Assembly (NCBI GenBank): GCA_965248445.1
Contig: CBDFJG010000001.1
Location: 384,001 to 448,000, forward strand
DNA from: Planctomycetota bacterium
Lineage (GTDB): Bacteria; Planctomycetota; JAJSAM01; JAJVHW01
Reading direction: 5' to 3'
Length of the DNA stretch: 64,000 nt
Notes under the pieces: generated by a model
The model's input: only the letters and a program-made list of their open reading frames with translations
What the model was told of the DNA's origin: nothing
Database searches by the model: none
Translations under genes and position numbers: made by a program
Part shown: positions 28,101-37,343 of the stretch, piece by piece
How positions within the stretch are numbered: position 1 is the first letter of the stretch
Layout: each line of letters opens with the position of its first letter

Positions 28101-29267
28101 ATGGTTCAAATCAACTTCGCGCTCCGAGAGGTCAACTGCAAGGTCGTGTACTACGGTCCGGGCATGAGTGGCAAGACCACCAACCTCGAGATCGTGCACC
28201 AGAAGGCACCTGAGTCGAACAAGGGCGAACTCACCTCCATCGCAACGGAAGGTGACCGCACGCTGTTCTTCGACTTCATGCCGCTCGACCTCGGGACGAT
28301 CGCGGGCATGCGCACGCGGTTCCAGCTGTACACGGTGCCGGGTCAGGTCTACTACAACTCGACTCGCAAGCTGGTGTTGCAGGGCGTTGACGGCGTCGTG
28401 TTCGTCGCCGACTCCTCCGCGAGCAAGATGGACGAAAACCTCGAGTCGCTCGAGAACCTCAAGAACAACCTCGCCGAGTACGGCAAGGACATTCGCGAGC
28501 TCCCGATCGTCATCCAGTGGAACAAGCGCGACCTGCCGGACGCGCTCCCCGTCGAGCAACTGAACGCGAAGATCAACTCGTGGGGCTGCCCCACGTTCGA
28601 GGCCGTCGCGATCACCGGCGAGGGCGTCTTCCCGACACTCAAGTGCCTGTCCGGGATGGTCCTCGAGACCTTGAACCGCGATCAGCGCGAGGCGCCCGGC
28701 GCCCCGGGCCGGCCTCAGGCGACGAAGCTCGCCGCGCCGGCCGCCCAGGCGGCTCCTGCAGCCCCCGCGGTCATCGCCGCACCAGCGCCTGTGGCGCCGG
28801 TCGCGGCGCAGCCGGCGGTCGCAGCCGCTTCGGCGGCCTCCCCCATCCGGCAGGGCTTCGGTAACACCATGGGCGGTTCTCCGCCTGCTCCGCCGGTCGG
28901 CGTACCCAGTCGCGCGGGGCGGTTCGGTGGCGGCGGAGGCAGCGTATTCGATGAGATCAACGAGCAGGCCGCAGAGCAGCCGGCGCGCCCGGCCGCGTCC
29001 CCCGGCCTCGTCGGTGGTGAAAACGAAGGACCCTGGCAGCAGCAGCAGCAGAAGCAGAAGCAGCAGCGGCGCCAGGTAGACGCTTCGCCGCTCGAGACGT
29101 CGACCATTCGCACCACGCCCAAGAGCTCGGCGGGTGACGCACGGCCGCATCTGCGTATCAAGCAGGAGAAGTCGGTCCCGTGGGTGGCGGTCACACTCGG
29201 AGCACTCATCGTCATCGCGGTCGGCATCATCCTCTTCACGACCGGGCTCGTGAGCCTGCCTGTTTAG
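28101..29267 (+). CDS. mglA: MglA-family small GTPase with Ala/Pro/Gln linker and C-terminal TM helix
   Basis: G1 GPGMSGKTT, RTLFFDF, TVPGQVYY and NKRD are MglA signatures. Confidence 0.92.
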   Translation: MVQINFALREVNCKVVYYGPGMSGKTTNLEIVHQKAPESNKGELTSIATEGDRTLFFDFMPLDLGTIAGMRTRFQLYTVPGQVYYNSTRKLVLQGVDGVVFVADSSASKMDENLESLENLKNNLAEYGKDIRELPIVIQWNKRDLPDALPVEQLNAKINSWGCPTFEAVAITGEGVFPTLKCLSGMVLETLNRDQREAPGAPGRPQATKLAAPAAQAAPAAPAVIAAPAPVAPVAAQPAVAAASAASPIRQGFGNTMGGSPPAPPVGVPSRAGRFGGGGGSVFDEINEQAAEQPARPAASPGLVGGENEGPWQQQQQKQKQQRRQVDASPLETSTIRTTPKSSAGDARPHLRIKQEKSVPWVAVTLGALIVIAVGIILFTTGLVSLPV

Positions 29268-29287
29268 GCCCGTATCGGAGTTAAGTC

Positions 29288-29803
29288 ATGGACAGCCACA
29301 CACTGCGAAATGACCGCCTTGTCTTCTACGAAGACCTGATTCGCGACGTCAACCGGCTGCTTCGGGAGTTCCTGAAGCTGTCCGGCGCGAACTGCGTCTT
29401 CCTCGTGGACAAGGAAGGTCACATGGTCACCCGTCAGGGCGTGACCCGCGACATCGACATGGACACCATCTCCGCCCTCGTCGCCGGCTCGTTCGCCGCG
29501 ACGAAGGAGATGGCGCGCCTGCTCGGCGAAGACGAGTTCTCCGTCCTGTTCCACCAGGGCAAGACGGACAACATCCAGCTCTCGCTGGTGGGCGACAGAA
29601 CCCTCCTGACCGTGATCTTCGACGAGGCCACCACGGTCGGCATGGTCCGCCTGTACGCGGCCGAGACCGCGAAGCGACTCGGCGAGGTCTTCCGCAAGCA
29701 CGAGATGGAACAGCGCCGCAACCCGAACAAGACGAACCCGGAGCTCGCTCAGGGCTTCGTGGGCAGCGCCAAGGACAAGCTGGACGACCTGTTCGGCGGC
29801 TGA
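29288..29803 (+). CDS. mglB: MglB-like roadblock protein (GTPase-activating)
   Basis: VFLVDKEG, ISALVAGSFAAT..LLGEDEFSVLFHQG and C-terminal LDDLF. Confidence 0.9.
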   Translation: MDSHTLRNDRLVFYEDLIRDVNRLLREFLKLSGANCVFLVDKEGHMVTRQGVTRDIDMDTISALVAGSFAATKEMARLLGEDEFSVLFHQGKTDNIQLSLVGDRTLLTVIFDEATTVGMVRLYAAETAKRLGEVFRKHEMEQRRNPNKTNPELAQGFVGSAKDKLDDLFGG

Positions 29804-29826
29804 TCCAAGACGACGACGACATCCAC

Positions 29827-29857
29827 GAGCGGGCCGGCCGATAAGGCCGGCCCGCTC
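29827..29857 (+). terminator. Strong stem-loop after mglB
   Basis: GAGCGGGCCGGCC-gataa-GGCCGGCCCGCTC, perfect 13-bp stem; no long U-tract. Confidence 0.6.
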
Positions 29858-29894
29858 TGATTCCAGTGCTGCGGTTCCTGTACGATTCGGCTCC

Positions 29895-32800
29895 ATGCGA
29901 CGGATCGCCACCGCGCTTCTCCTGCTCCTCTCCGGCATCGCGCACGCCGGAGGAGGCCCGTCCGACACTGTCGTGCTCGTCAACGACGACAGCCCCGACG
30001 GACAACGGGTCGCGGCGCACTACCTCGTCGCGCGCGACATCCCCCCCACTCACCTGTGCCGCGTGCGGTCTTCGACCGACGCAACCGTTCCCGTCGCCGA
30101 CTTCGTGCGGGACGTGGTCGATCCCCTGCGCCGCTTCCTGGCCGAGCGGCAGCTCGAGGACCGAGTCCGGTTCCTCGTCCTCACCCAGGGCCTGCCGATC
30201 CGGCTGCGCGCACCCGGCGGCATGGTCTCGAGCGCCGCCGCGCTGGAGCTGTTGGACACGCCCATCTGCGGCAGCGACGGCGCGCGTATGCCGCGGTATC
30301 AGAACGCCTACCTGTCGGGCGCCGCGCCGCGGACGACTCTCGACGAGTCCGGCCGGCTGATCCTGGTCACTGCCCTCATCTCCTCCACCGCCGACGAGGC
30401 GATCGCGCTCATCGACCGCAGCGTCGCCGCCGACGGGACGGCGCCGAAGAAGACACTCTTCGTGTTCCAGGATGCGCGGGGCAACGCGGCGAACCGGAAC
30501 CCGGGCTACGACCCGGCGCGCGCGGAACTCGAGAAGCTCGGGCACAAGTCCGAGCACGTGCCCGCCGGCGCCGACGAGGTCCGTGAGCGAAAGCGTGTGA
30601 TGGGCTACATGTCGGGAGGCTCGTACTCCCGCCTCTCGGTCGCCGGAGTGGACGACAACGAGTATCTGCCGGGCGCGCTCTGCGACATGCTCCAGAGCTT
30701 CGGCGCGGTGCCGGCGAACTTCGTTCCCGGGGGGAAGGGCAAACAGTTCCCGATCACGCACATGATCCGCGCGGGAATCACCGGAGTGCACGGCGCGGTG
30801 GCAGAGCCGTACAACATCACATTCCCGTCGGCGGATCTGTTCACGCCGTACGTCCACGGCTTCACGCTGGCCGAGACGTTCCACCAGAAGCTGCCGTTCC
30901 GCTACTGGATGAATCTCGTCCTCGGCGATCCGCTCTGCGCTCCGTACGCCAAGCGGCCGAAGGTCGTGGTGTACGGAGCTCCCCGCACGGGCTGGAGCGG
31001 AGAGGTCTCGTTCGTGGCCCGTGCGAAGGGCGCCGAGAGCATGGCCGTGTTCGTAGACGGCGTTCCGGTGACGGAGGGAGCGGGCGACGAGCTGAACGTC
31101 GTGATCGATACCGCGCGGTTCCAGGGCGGCAAGCGCCACGTCCTGATCGAGGCGACCGGTGCCGGCGAGGCGGAGCCGCGGGGCTGGACAGTCTTGCAGC
31201 CAACGTTCGTCAACGAGAACGTCGGAGTGGATCAGCCCGCATCCGCACCTCTGCCCGCCGGACTGCGGCTCGAGGTACCGGACCAAGTGCAGGCCGGCGA
31301 GAGCTTCGAGGTGCGCCTCGTCGCGCTTTCAGAAGACGGGACGCCCTTCGCCCCAGGCGCACCGACGGCGTGGCTGTCCTCGGCGAAGCCGCCGGTGCGA
31401 TGGGCCCGCGGCATCCCGGTGGACGGTACGCCCCACACACTGCGCCTGGTCAAGTCCGGAGACGTGACGTTCCGCGCGCAGATCCCCGGCGCGCACGCGG
31501 TCGCGGATGCGGTCGTGCGGGTCGCGTCGGCGGAGATGCTGAACGTGACCACACCGGTGTCCCGCGTCGCGCTCGGGCAGGTGTCGGACCTGCCGCTCCA
31601 GGCGGTCGACCGGTTCGGCAACATCGCGGAGGACTACTCCGGTCCGGTGCGCGTTGAAGCTCCCGGCAATCCCGGGGCCGACGTGGGCCGGACGGCGGAG
31701 ATGGTGCGCGGAAGGGGCGTGATCCGAGACGTTCTGATCACGCACAGCGGACCGCGGCGTCTGGTGTTCCGGGACGGCGGAGGAGCGACCGTCTCCGGTG
31801 CGCAGGAGGGGATCCGCGTCGCGCGAGGAGCCGTGCGTGCGTGGGTGGTGTCGCAACCGTCGCGCGGCGACGACGCCGCGGCGCTCTTCAAGTCGGGGGC
31901 CAAGCTGCTGCCGCAGCGCCACGGCGACGTCGTGGACGGCACACTGTTCGTGCGCCATCGGGACGGAGACGACCAGATCGATCTCTCGACCGGGTTGCGC
32001 GACGGTGATTCCGTCGTCGCCGTCGCGTTCGTGCACGCGCTCGCGGACACGGACGTGAAGGTCAACCTCGCCGCCAAGGGCCGGGTCGTGGTCGCCCTCG
32101 ACGGGAAGATCGTGCACGACGGCGTCGTGGACGGCAGCGACCCAGCCAACACGAAGAAGCGCTCGACCGTCGCGAAGCTGAAGATCTCGAAGGGACGCCA
32201 CCGGCTCTCCGTGATCACGGAGCGGCGCGGGCGGGCTGCGTTCGCGTTGGAACTGCAGGGCGGCGGCGAAGAGGGGCGGCTCGTGCGGATCGTTGCGGAC
32301 ATGGACGAGGAGCCGTCGACGATGTGTCTCTCCGGCCGGGTGCTGCGCCCCGCCGGCGCCCGCGGCGCGGCGGGCGTATCCGTCGAACTGGCCGTCGGCG
32401 ACGCGAAGCACACGACGAAGAGCGACGCGGCGGGGCTCTACTGGTTCGCGGACGTGCCGGCGGGTGCGGCGGTAGTGACCGCTGGCAGCGCACCGGTCCG
32501 CACCGTCACGGTGGACGACGCGAACGTCACGGGCGTCGACATCCGTCTGCCCGATACGAAGGAGCCGACGGTTACGCTGCCCGCCGGGAGCGACGGCAGG
32601 CACGTCGGCTCGCTCCTTGTGCTCACCGCGGACGTGAAGGACGACGGCAAGGTGCGGCAAGTCCGTCTCCTTCTCGGTGGAGACGAAGCCGCGCCCCCAC
32701 TCACCGCTCCGCCGTGGCGCTTCGAGGTCGATGTCGCGGGGCGCGACCGCGGTCCGCTCGCACTCGAGGTCCGCGCGAGCGATGCGTCCGGCAAGGAAGG

Positions 32801-33110
32801 CACGAGCGGCGAGATCAAGGTGCGCCTGGTCAACGACAAGAGCGGGCCGAAGGTGACGCTCTCCGGTCTCTCCGCGAACGCGCTGCTCAGGAAGACCGCA
32901 AGGCTCGTTGCGAAGGTGAGCGATCCGATCGGCGTACGGAGCGTCTCGTTCTCGGTGGACGGCGCGCCGGGCGACACGCTGACCGCGGCGCCCTACGAGA
33001 TCGCGCTGAACCCCGCCGCGTTCGAGAAGGGGAAGCACCTGGTCGAGATCGTGGCGAGGGACACGGACGGACACGAGACAAAGAAGAAGCTGCCATTCCG
33101 CGTCCGGTGA
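29895..33110 (+). CDS. TIGR03790-like secreted protein with C-terminal Ig-like domains
   Basis: VLVNDDS..HY..RDIP, GAVAEPY and W..LVLGDPL..PY motifs; DxxxPxV Ig-like repeats. Confidence 0.75.
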   Translation: MRRIATALLLLLSGIAHAGGGPSDTVVLVNDDSPDGQRVAAHYLVARDIPPTHLCRVRSSTDATVPVADFVRDVVDPLRRFLAERQLEDRVRFLVLTQGLPIRLRAPGGMVSSAAALELLDTPICGSDGARMPRYQNAYLSGAAPRTTLDESGRLILVTALISSTADEAIALIDRSVAADGTAPKKTLFVFQDARGNAANRNPGYDPARAELEKLGHKSEHVPAGADEVRERKRVMGYMSGGSYSRLSVAGVDDNEYLPGALCDMLQSFGAVPANFVPGGKGKQFPITHMIRAGITGVHGAVAEPYNITFPSADLFTPYVHGFTLAETFHQKLPFRYWMNLVLGDPLCAPYAKRPKVVVYGAPRTGWSGEVSFVARAKGAESMAVFVDGVPVTEGAGDELNVVIDTARFQGGKRHVLIEATGAGEAEPRGWTVLQPTFVNENVGVDQPASAPLPAGLRLEVPDQVQAGESFEVRLVALSEDGTPFAPGAPTAWLSSAKPPVRWARGIPVDGTPHTLRLVKSGDVTFRAQIPGAHAVADAVVRVASAEMLNVTTPVSRVALGQVSDLPLQAVDRFGNIAEDYSGPVRVEAPGNPGADVGRTAEMVRGRGVIRDVLITHSGPRRLVFRDGGGATVSGAQEGIRVARGAVRAWVVSQPSRGDDAAALFKSGAKLLPQRHGDVVDGTLFVRHRDGDDQIDLSTGLRDGDSVVAVAFVHALADTDVKVNLAAKGRVVVALDGKIVHDGVVDGSDPANTKKRSTVAKLKISKGRHRLSVITERRGRAAFALELQGGGEEGRLVRIVADMDEEPSTMCLSGRVLRPAGARGAAGVSVELAVGDAKHTTKSDAAGLYWFADVPAGAAVVTAGSAPVRTVTVDDANVTGVDIRLPDTKEPTVTLPAGSDGRHVGSLLVLTADVKDDGKVRQVRLLLGGDEAAPPLTAPPWRFEVDVAGRDRGPLALEVRASDASGKEGTSGEIKVRLVNDKSGPKVTLSGLSANALLRKTARLVAKVSDPIGVRSVSFSVDGAPGDTLTAAPYEIALNPAAFEKGKHLVEIVARDTDGHETKKKLPFRVR

Positions 33111-33248
33111 GTCGCGGTCGTCAGTCCGATGGACCCGCGACTGAGGCGCCCCATACCGGCGTCGTCGTAGGGGCCGGGTTCCACCCCCGTCCGCGCGGGG
33201 ACGCGTTCCGCACACACGAGAGGTCGGACGCAGAAGCCCGTCGAGCGG

Positions 33249-33881
33249 TCAGCCGCCGCGGCGATTGACCTGGTTGATGACCTTGCGCGCCTTCTTCTTG
33301 CCGAGCGCATTCTGCAGCGCCTTGTCGCGCTCGCGCTTGAGGTCGCTCTGCAACTTGCTGTCGCCGTCGGTGCGCGCCTTCCAGCTCTTCGTGAACCAGT
33401 CCGTGAGGATCGGCGTGGCGGCGGCCTCTTCGTCCTCGGTCAGGTCGGATCCCTCGAACGCGCGGTCGAGCGCGCGCCGCTGCCAGGCCGCCAGAGGGTC
33501 CTCGTCCGGCTCATCGTCGGCTTCGTCGTTCTTCCCGTCGGCGCCGAGCGCCTTCTTCAGGTCCTCGCGCTCGCTCTCGGTCAGTTCTTCCGGCTTGATC
33601 GGCTTGAGCAGCGCTTTGGCGTCCTCCATGGCCTTCTCGAGGCGGTCGAGCATGGCCGTGTCGGGAGTCTCCGCACCGCGCTCCTTCTCGTAGGAGGCCT
33701 CGAGCGTCGTGAGGATCCGCTTGGTGCGCACCATGCGCAGCACGGGCTTCACCTTCACTGCAGGCGGTGCCTCGGCAGCCTCGTCCTCCGCGAGGAGCCC
33801 CTGAGAGAAGACCAGCGGGCCCGAGATCGCGAGCCAGGCTCCGAAGAGCAGTGCCGCAGAAATGGTGAGAGTGAGTCGCAT
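33249..33881 (-). CDS. Secreted helical hypothetical protein
   Basis: Signal peptide, GGAGG RBS, charged helical body. Confidence 0.72.
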   Translation of the reverse strand: MRLTLTISAALLFGAWLAISGPLVFSQGLLAEDEAAEAPPAVKVKPVLRMVRTKRILTTLEASYEKERGAETPDTAMLDRLEKAMEDAKALLKPIKPEELTESEREDLKKALGADGKNDEADDEPDEDPLAAWQRRALDRAFEGSDLTEDEEAAATPILTDWFTKSWKARTDGDSKLQSDLKRERDKALQNALGKKKARKVINQVNRRGG

Positions 33882-34012
33882 CGTGGCCTCCGTGCGTTGT
33901 CCCGACTGGGTCTCGTTCGAGGTCAACCACCCCGCCCATCGTTCGGACGCCGTGAGGAACCGGGGTGTTCCAGCGGTCGTCCGTGGGCGGAGAAGGAGAT
34001 ATCCTCGCCGCC

Positions 34013-35803
34013 ATGCCCAAGCTGCACAAGACCGCCACGACCCTCTCGCTCCTGGCCCTCCTGCTGGCCTCGGGGCCGACGATCGCCACCTCGATCGCCC
34101 GCGCCGACGGCAAGGGCTCCGACATCGGAGGCCCCGAACGCGCCGCGGTGCGCAATGACCGGACGCGCTTCGGACTCGATCCCGCGGCGATGTCGGACAC
34201 CGAGAAGGCGGAGCGACTGGCCTCCATCGAGGTGGAGTACGAGGGGCTGCGCCGCAACCAGGATCTCGTCCAGGTCCGCACCCGCCGCAACCGGATCACA
34301 TTCGTCGGCGAGATGAAGTACCCACCGGCCGCGGAGTTCCTCAAGAAGGCGTTCACGACCGACCGCGACGTGCGTGCGCGAGCAGCGGCGATGGCGGCGG
34401 TCGGCAAGTGCGGCGATCCCGACGCGATCGAGTTCGTGGTCAAGAAGGTTCTCGCGAACGCGCGCAAGGATCCCGTGTACGTCGCTCAACTCGGCCGGAT
34501 GTTCGCCGAGGTCGAGAACCAGCAAGCCGCCGAGTGGATCGTCACGCGCCTGAGGCAAAAGGACCAGACGACCCTCGCGAACGTTGTCGAGGCCGTCGGC
34601 TACGGGGGCTCCCCCACGGCGGTGCCGGCGCTGGTGGCTCTGATCGAGAAGACCAAGAACGCGCCGGTCAAGTTCGAGGCGTTGCGCGCGCTCGGACGCT
34701 GCGGTAGGTCCGACGCGATCCCGACACTCCTGCTCTACATCGACGACTCCGACTGGCGCATGCGCATGGCAGCCGCCGAGGGTCTCGGGTACACGGAAGA
34801 CGCGAACGTGATCGACCATCTCGCGCCGCTCATCGCGCGTCACGAGGAACCGATCGTGGTCGAGACGGCGGCCGAAGCCGTCGCGACGCTCGGGACCCCG
34901 GCGGCTGTCGAACCACTGATCAAGTGCCTCGACGTCGGGCGGCTCCGCGCGCGGCAGAAGGCACGCAAGGGCCTTGTGAACATCGCCCGCCGCGACTACC
35001 GCATGGACAAGGACTATCACGTCGATCCGAACGCGTGGAGATCGTGGTGGCGCAAGATCAAGAGCGGCATCGACCCCGACGACCCGACGGTCTCGGGCCG
35101 CGACACCGCGTCCTACTTCACTTTCCCGGTGCACAGCGACCGCGTGCTCTTCATCCTGGACGTATCCGGATCGATGGAGTGGCCGAACGCGCCGCGGGCC
35201 GCCAACATCAAGCCATCCGCCTGGAGAGGCCGCCGCATCGACCTGGCGCACAGCGAGCTCTTCGCGGCACTGCGGGGGCTCGCCAAGCAGAACAAGGGCC
35301 GCATCAAGAAGAAGGGCAGCAAGGGCCGGACCGGCGACCTGCCGTACGCACCTGACGAGAACGGCGTGGAGCCGCCGACCCTCTTCAACGTCGCCACGTT
35401 CGCCGGGCACGTCCCCTCCTGGCAGAAGGAGCCCGTCCTCGCCAGCGAGGAGAACGTCGAGGCCGCCATCAAGTGGCTGACTGTGCAGTTCCCGCGCGGC
35501 GGCACGAACACACACGGCGCGCTCGAGTTCGCGCTCGCGCAGCCCAACGTCGATACCGTGTTCTTCCTCTCCGACGGCGTGCCGTCGGTCGGCAAGATCG
35601 AGGAGCCGGAGCACATCCTCGCCGACGTGCGCCGCATGAACCGTTTCCGGCGCATCACGATCAACACCGTTGCGCTCATCGTCGGTCGCTCCTCCATCGA
35701 GAAGGCGCTCAAGTACGAGGACCCCGAGGAGATGGCGGACTTCATGAACCGCATCGCCACGGAGAACTACGGGAAGTTCGCCGACGAGTCGCGGCCCCAA
35801 TAG
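34013..35803 (+). CDS. Secreted HEAT-repeat + vWA domain protein
   Basis: HEAT-like repeats (RMAAAEGLG); MIDAS DVSGS, GGTN and FLSDG. Confidence 0.85.
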   Translation: MPKLHKTATTLSLLALLLASGPTIATSIARADGKGSDIGGPERAAVRNDRTRFGLDPAAMSDTEKAERLASIEVEYEGLRRNQDLVQVRTRRNRITFVGEMKYPPAAEFLKKAFTTDRDVRARAAAMAAVGKCGDPDAIEFVVKKVLANARKDPVYVAQLGRMFAEVENQQAAEWIVTRLRQKDQTTLANVVEAVGYGGSPTAVPALVALIEKTKNAPVKFEALRALGRCGRSDAIPTLLLYIDDSDWRMRMAAAEGLGYTEDANVIDHLAPLIARHEEPIVVETAAEAVATLGTPAAVEPLIKCLDVGRLRARQKARKGLVNIARRDYRMDKDYHVDPNAWRSWWRKIKSGIDPDDPTVSGRDTASYFTFPVHSDRVLFILDVSGSMEWPNAPRAANIKPSAWRGRRIDLAHSELFAALRGLAKQNKGRIKKKGSKGRTGDLPYAPDENGVEPPTLFNVATFAGHVPSWQKEPVLASEENVEAAIKWLTVQFPRGGTNTHGALEFALAQPNVDTVFFLSDGVPSVGKIEEPEHILADVRRMNRFRRITINTVALIVGRSSIEKALKYEDPEEMADFMNRIATENYGKFADESRPQ

Positions 35804-35819
35804 AGATGGCACAGTAGCG

Positions 35820-37343
35820 ATGCAGCCGCGATACGCAGGACCCCGCCAGATTCGCGGAGCCGGCGGCGCGCTCCTGATCGCCGCCATCGCGAGCATCGCG
35901 CTCGCGGCGGACAGTCCCCGGTTCAAGGCGCTGAAGAAGGAGTACGGCGCGCTCAGTCGGAATCACGACGACGAGGCCAGCCGGGCCCGCCGGCTCGTCC
36001 TTCTCGAGATGTTCGACGTGCGCGAGGAGTCCGGCGCCCGCAAGCTGCTCAAGAAGGCGCTCGGCGACGAGAAGCGCATCGACAACCGGGTGGCGGTCGT
36101 CCATCTGCTGGCGGGCTGCGGCGACCCGAAGGCGTTCACCAGCATGCTCTCCGGCCTGAAGAAGGAGCGCTTTCGCGCACCGGTGCTCGCGATCGGGCGC
36201 GGACTCGGCTTCACCCCCGACGCCGCCCGCGCCGATGTCTCGACGGCGGCCCTGAAGGCCTTGAAGAGGGCGAAGGAGGATCTCCGTTCCGCCCTTCTCG
36301 AGGGCCTCGGAGAACTCGGAGCCGCCGAGGCGACACCCGCCCTGCTGGCCTACGAGCCGGACGATACGGTCGAGGGCTTCTACCGCAACCGCAGCATCGG
36401 ACTGTGCAACGGTGAGGGCGCCGAAGCGTTCCTGCTGACGGAGTTGGACAACGCCTACCCCGCGTATCGCCGCGGGGCCGTGCAGGGCCTGGCCGCCATC
36501 GGCAGCGACACGGCGCTCGCGGCGCTGACCAAGACGGCGCTACACGATCTCGACTCGCGCGTCGTGCGCGCCGCCGCGGAGGCGCTGGCTGCCGCCGGCC
36601 ACAAGGCCGCGGCCCCCGAGATGGCCAAGGAGCTGCATCGCTCCCACTGGCGGCGCACGCGCGAGGTCCTGCGTCAGTCACTGAAGACCCTGCTCGGCAA
36701 GGACCTCGGTTACGACGCCAAGAAATGGGAGGCCGCGGCCGCGGGCAAGCCCTCGACACCCGGCGAACTGCCGAAGCAACCTGAGTTCTTCGGCGTCCCG
36801 GTCGCCACCAACTCGGTGCTCGTCATGCTCGACACGTCGCGCTCGGTCCAGTGGATGGGCCGCCTGGAGCGCGAGATCGAGGGGTGCCAGGAGTTCATCA
36901 CGGGGCTCCCTGACGACGCGTTCTTCAGCGTCTGGAACGTGACCCGCAGCTCACAGAAGTACGAAGAGGGCATGGTCGCCGCCGAGTCCCACCGCGACAG
37001 CGCGATCGCGTGGCTCGGCGAACAGAAGTCCGGGCGGGGCTGGCTGTACGTCAAGCGGGCGCTCAAGGAGGCCGTCTCGGACCTGCCGACGGTGGACACG
37101 ATCGTGTTCGCCACCGACTCGCATCCGTGGGGTGAGACCGCGGAAGAGACGTCCCTCGAGACGATCGAGACGTTCCGACACCTGAACCGGGACACCGACG
37201 TCCGTCTCGTCATCGCTCTCGTCATGCCCGGCGGCCGCTTCGAGCAGAGCGAACGCAGCGAAGTCGAGATCGAGGAGCGCATCGAGTTCCTCACCCAGCT
37301 CGCCGAGGAGTCCGGCGGCACGTTCGTGCACGTAGACGAGTAG
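35820..37343 (+). CDS. Secreted HEAT-repeat + vWA-like domain protein
   Basis: HEAT-like repeats; FFGVPV..VMLDTSRS, IVFATD and terminal LAEESGG. Confidence 0.8.
   Translation: MQPRYAGPRQIRGAGGALLIAAIASIALAADSPRFKALKKEYGALSRNHDDEASRARRLVLLEMFDVREESGARKLLKKALGDEKRIDNRVAVVHLLAGCGDPKAFTSMLSGLKKERFRAPVLAIGRGLGFTPDAARADVSTAALKALKRAKEDLRSALLEGLGELGAAEATPALLAYEPDDTVEGFYRNRSIGLCNGEGAEAFLLTELDNAYPAYRRGAVQGLAAIGSDTALAALTKTALHDLDSRVVRAAAEALAAAGHKAAAPEMAKELHRSHWRRTREVLRQSLKTLLGKDLGYDAKKWEAAAAGKPSTPGELPKQPEFFGVPVATNSVLVMLDTSRSVQWMGRLEREIEGCQEFITGLPDDAFFSVWNVTRSSQKYEEGMVAAESHRDSAIAWLGEQKSGRGWLYVKRALKEAVSDLPTVDTIVFATDSHPWGETAEETSLETIETFRHLNRDTDVRLVIALVMPGGRFEQSERSEVEIEERIEFLTQLAEESGGTFVHVDE

Noticed and set aside
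29037..29066. CAG-rich run in mglA as a phase-variable repeat
   Set aside because: It is a short in-frame triplet run encoding Gln/Lys; changes in unit number would not shift the frame.
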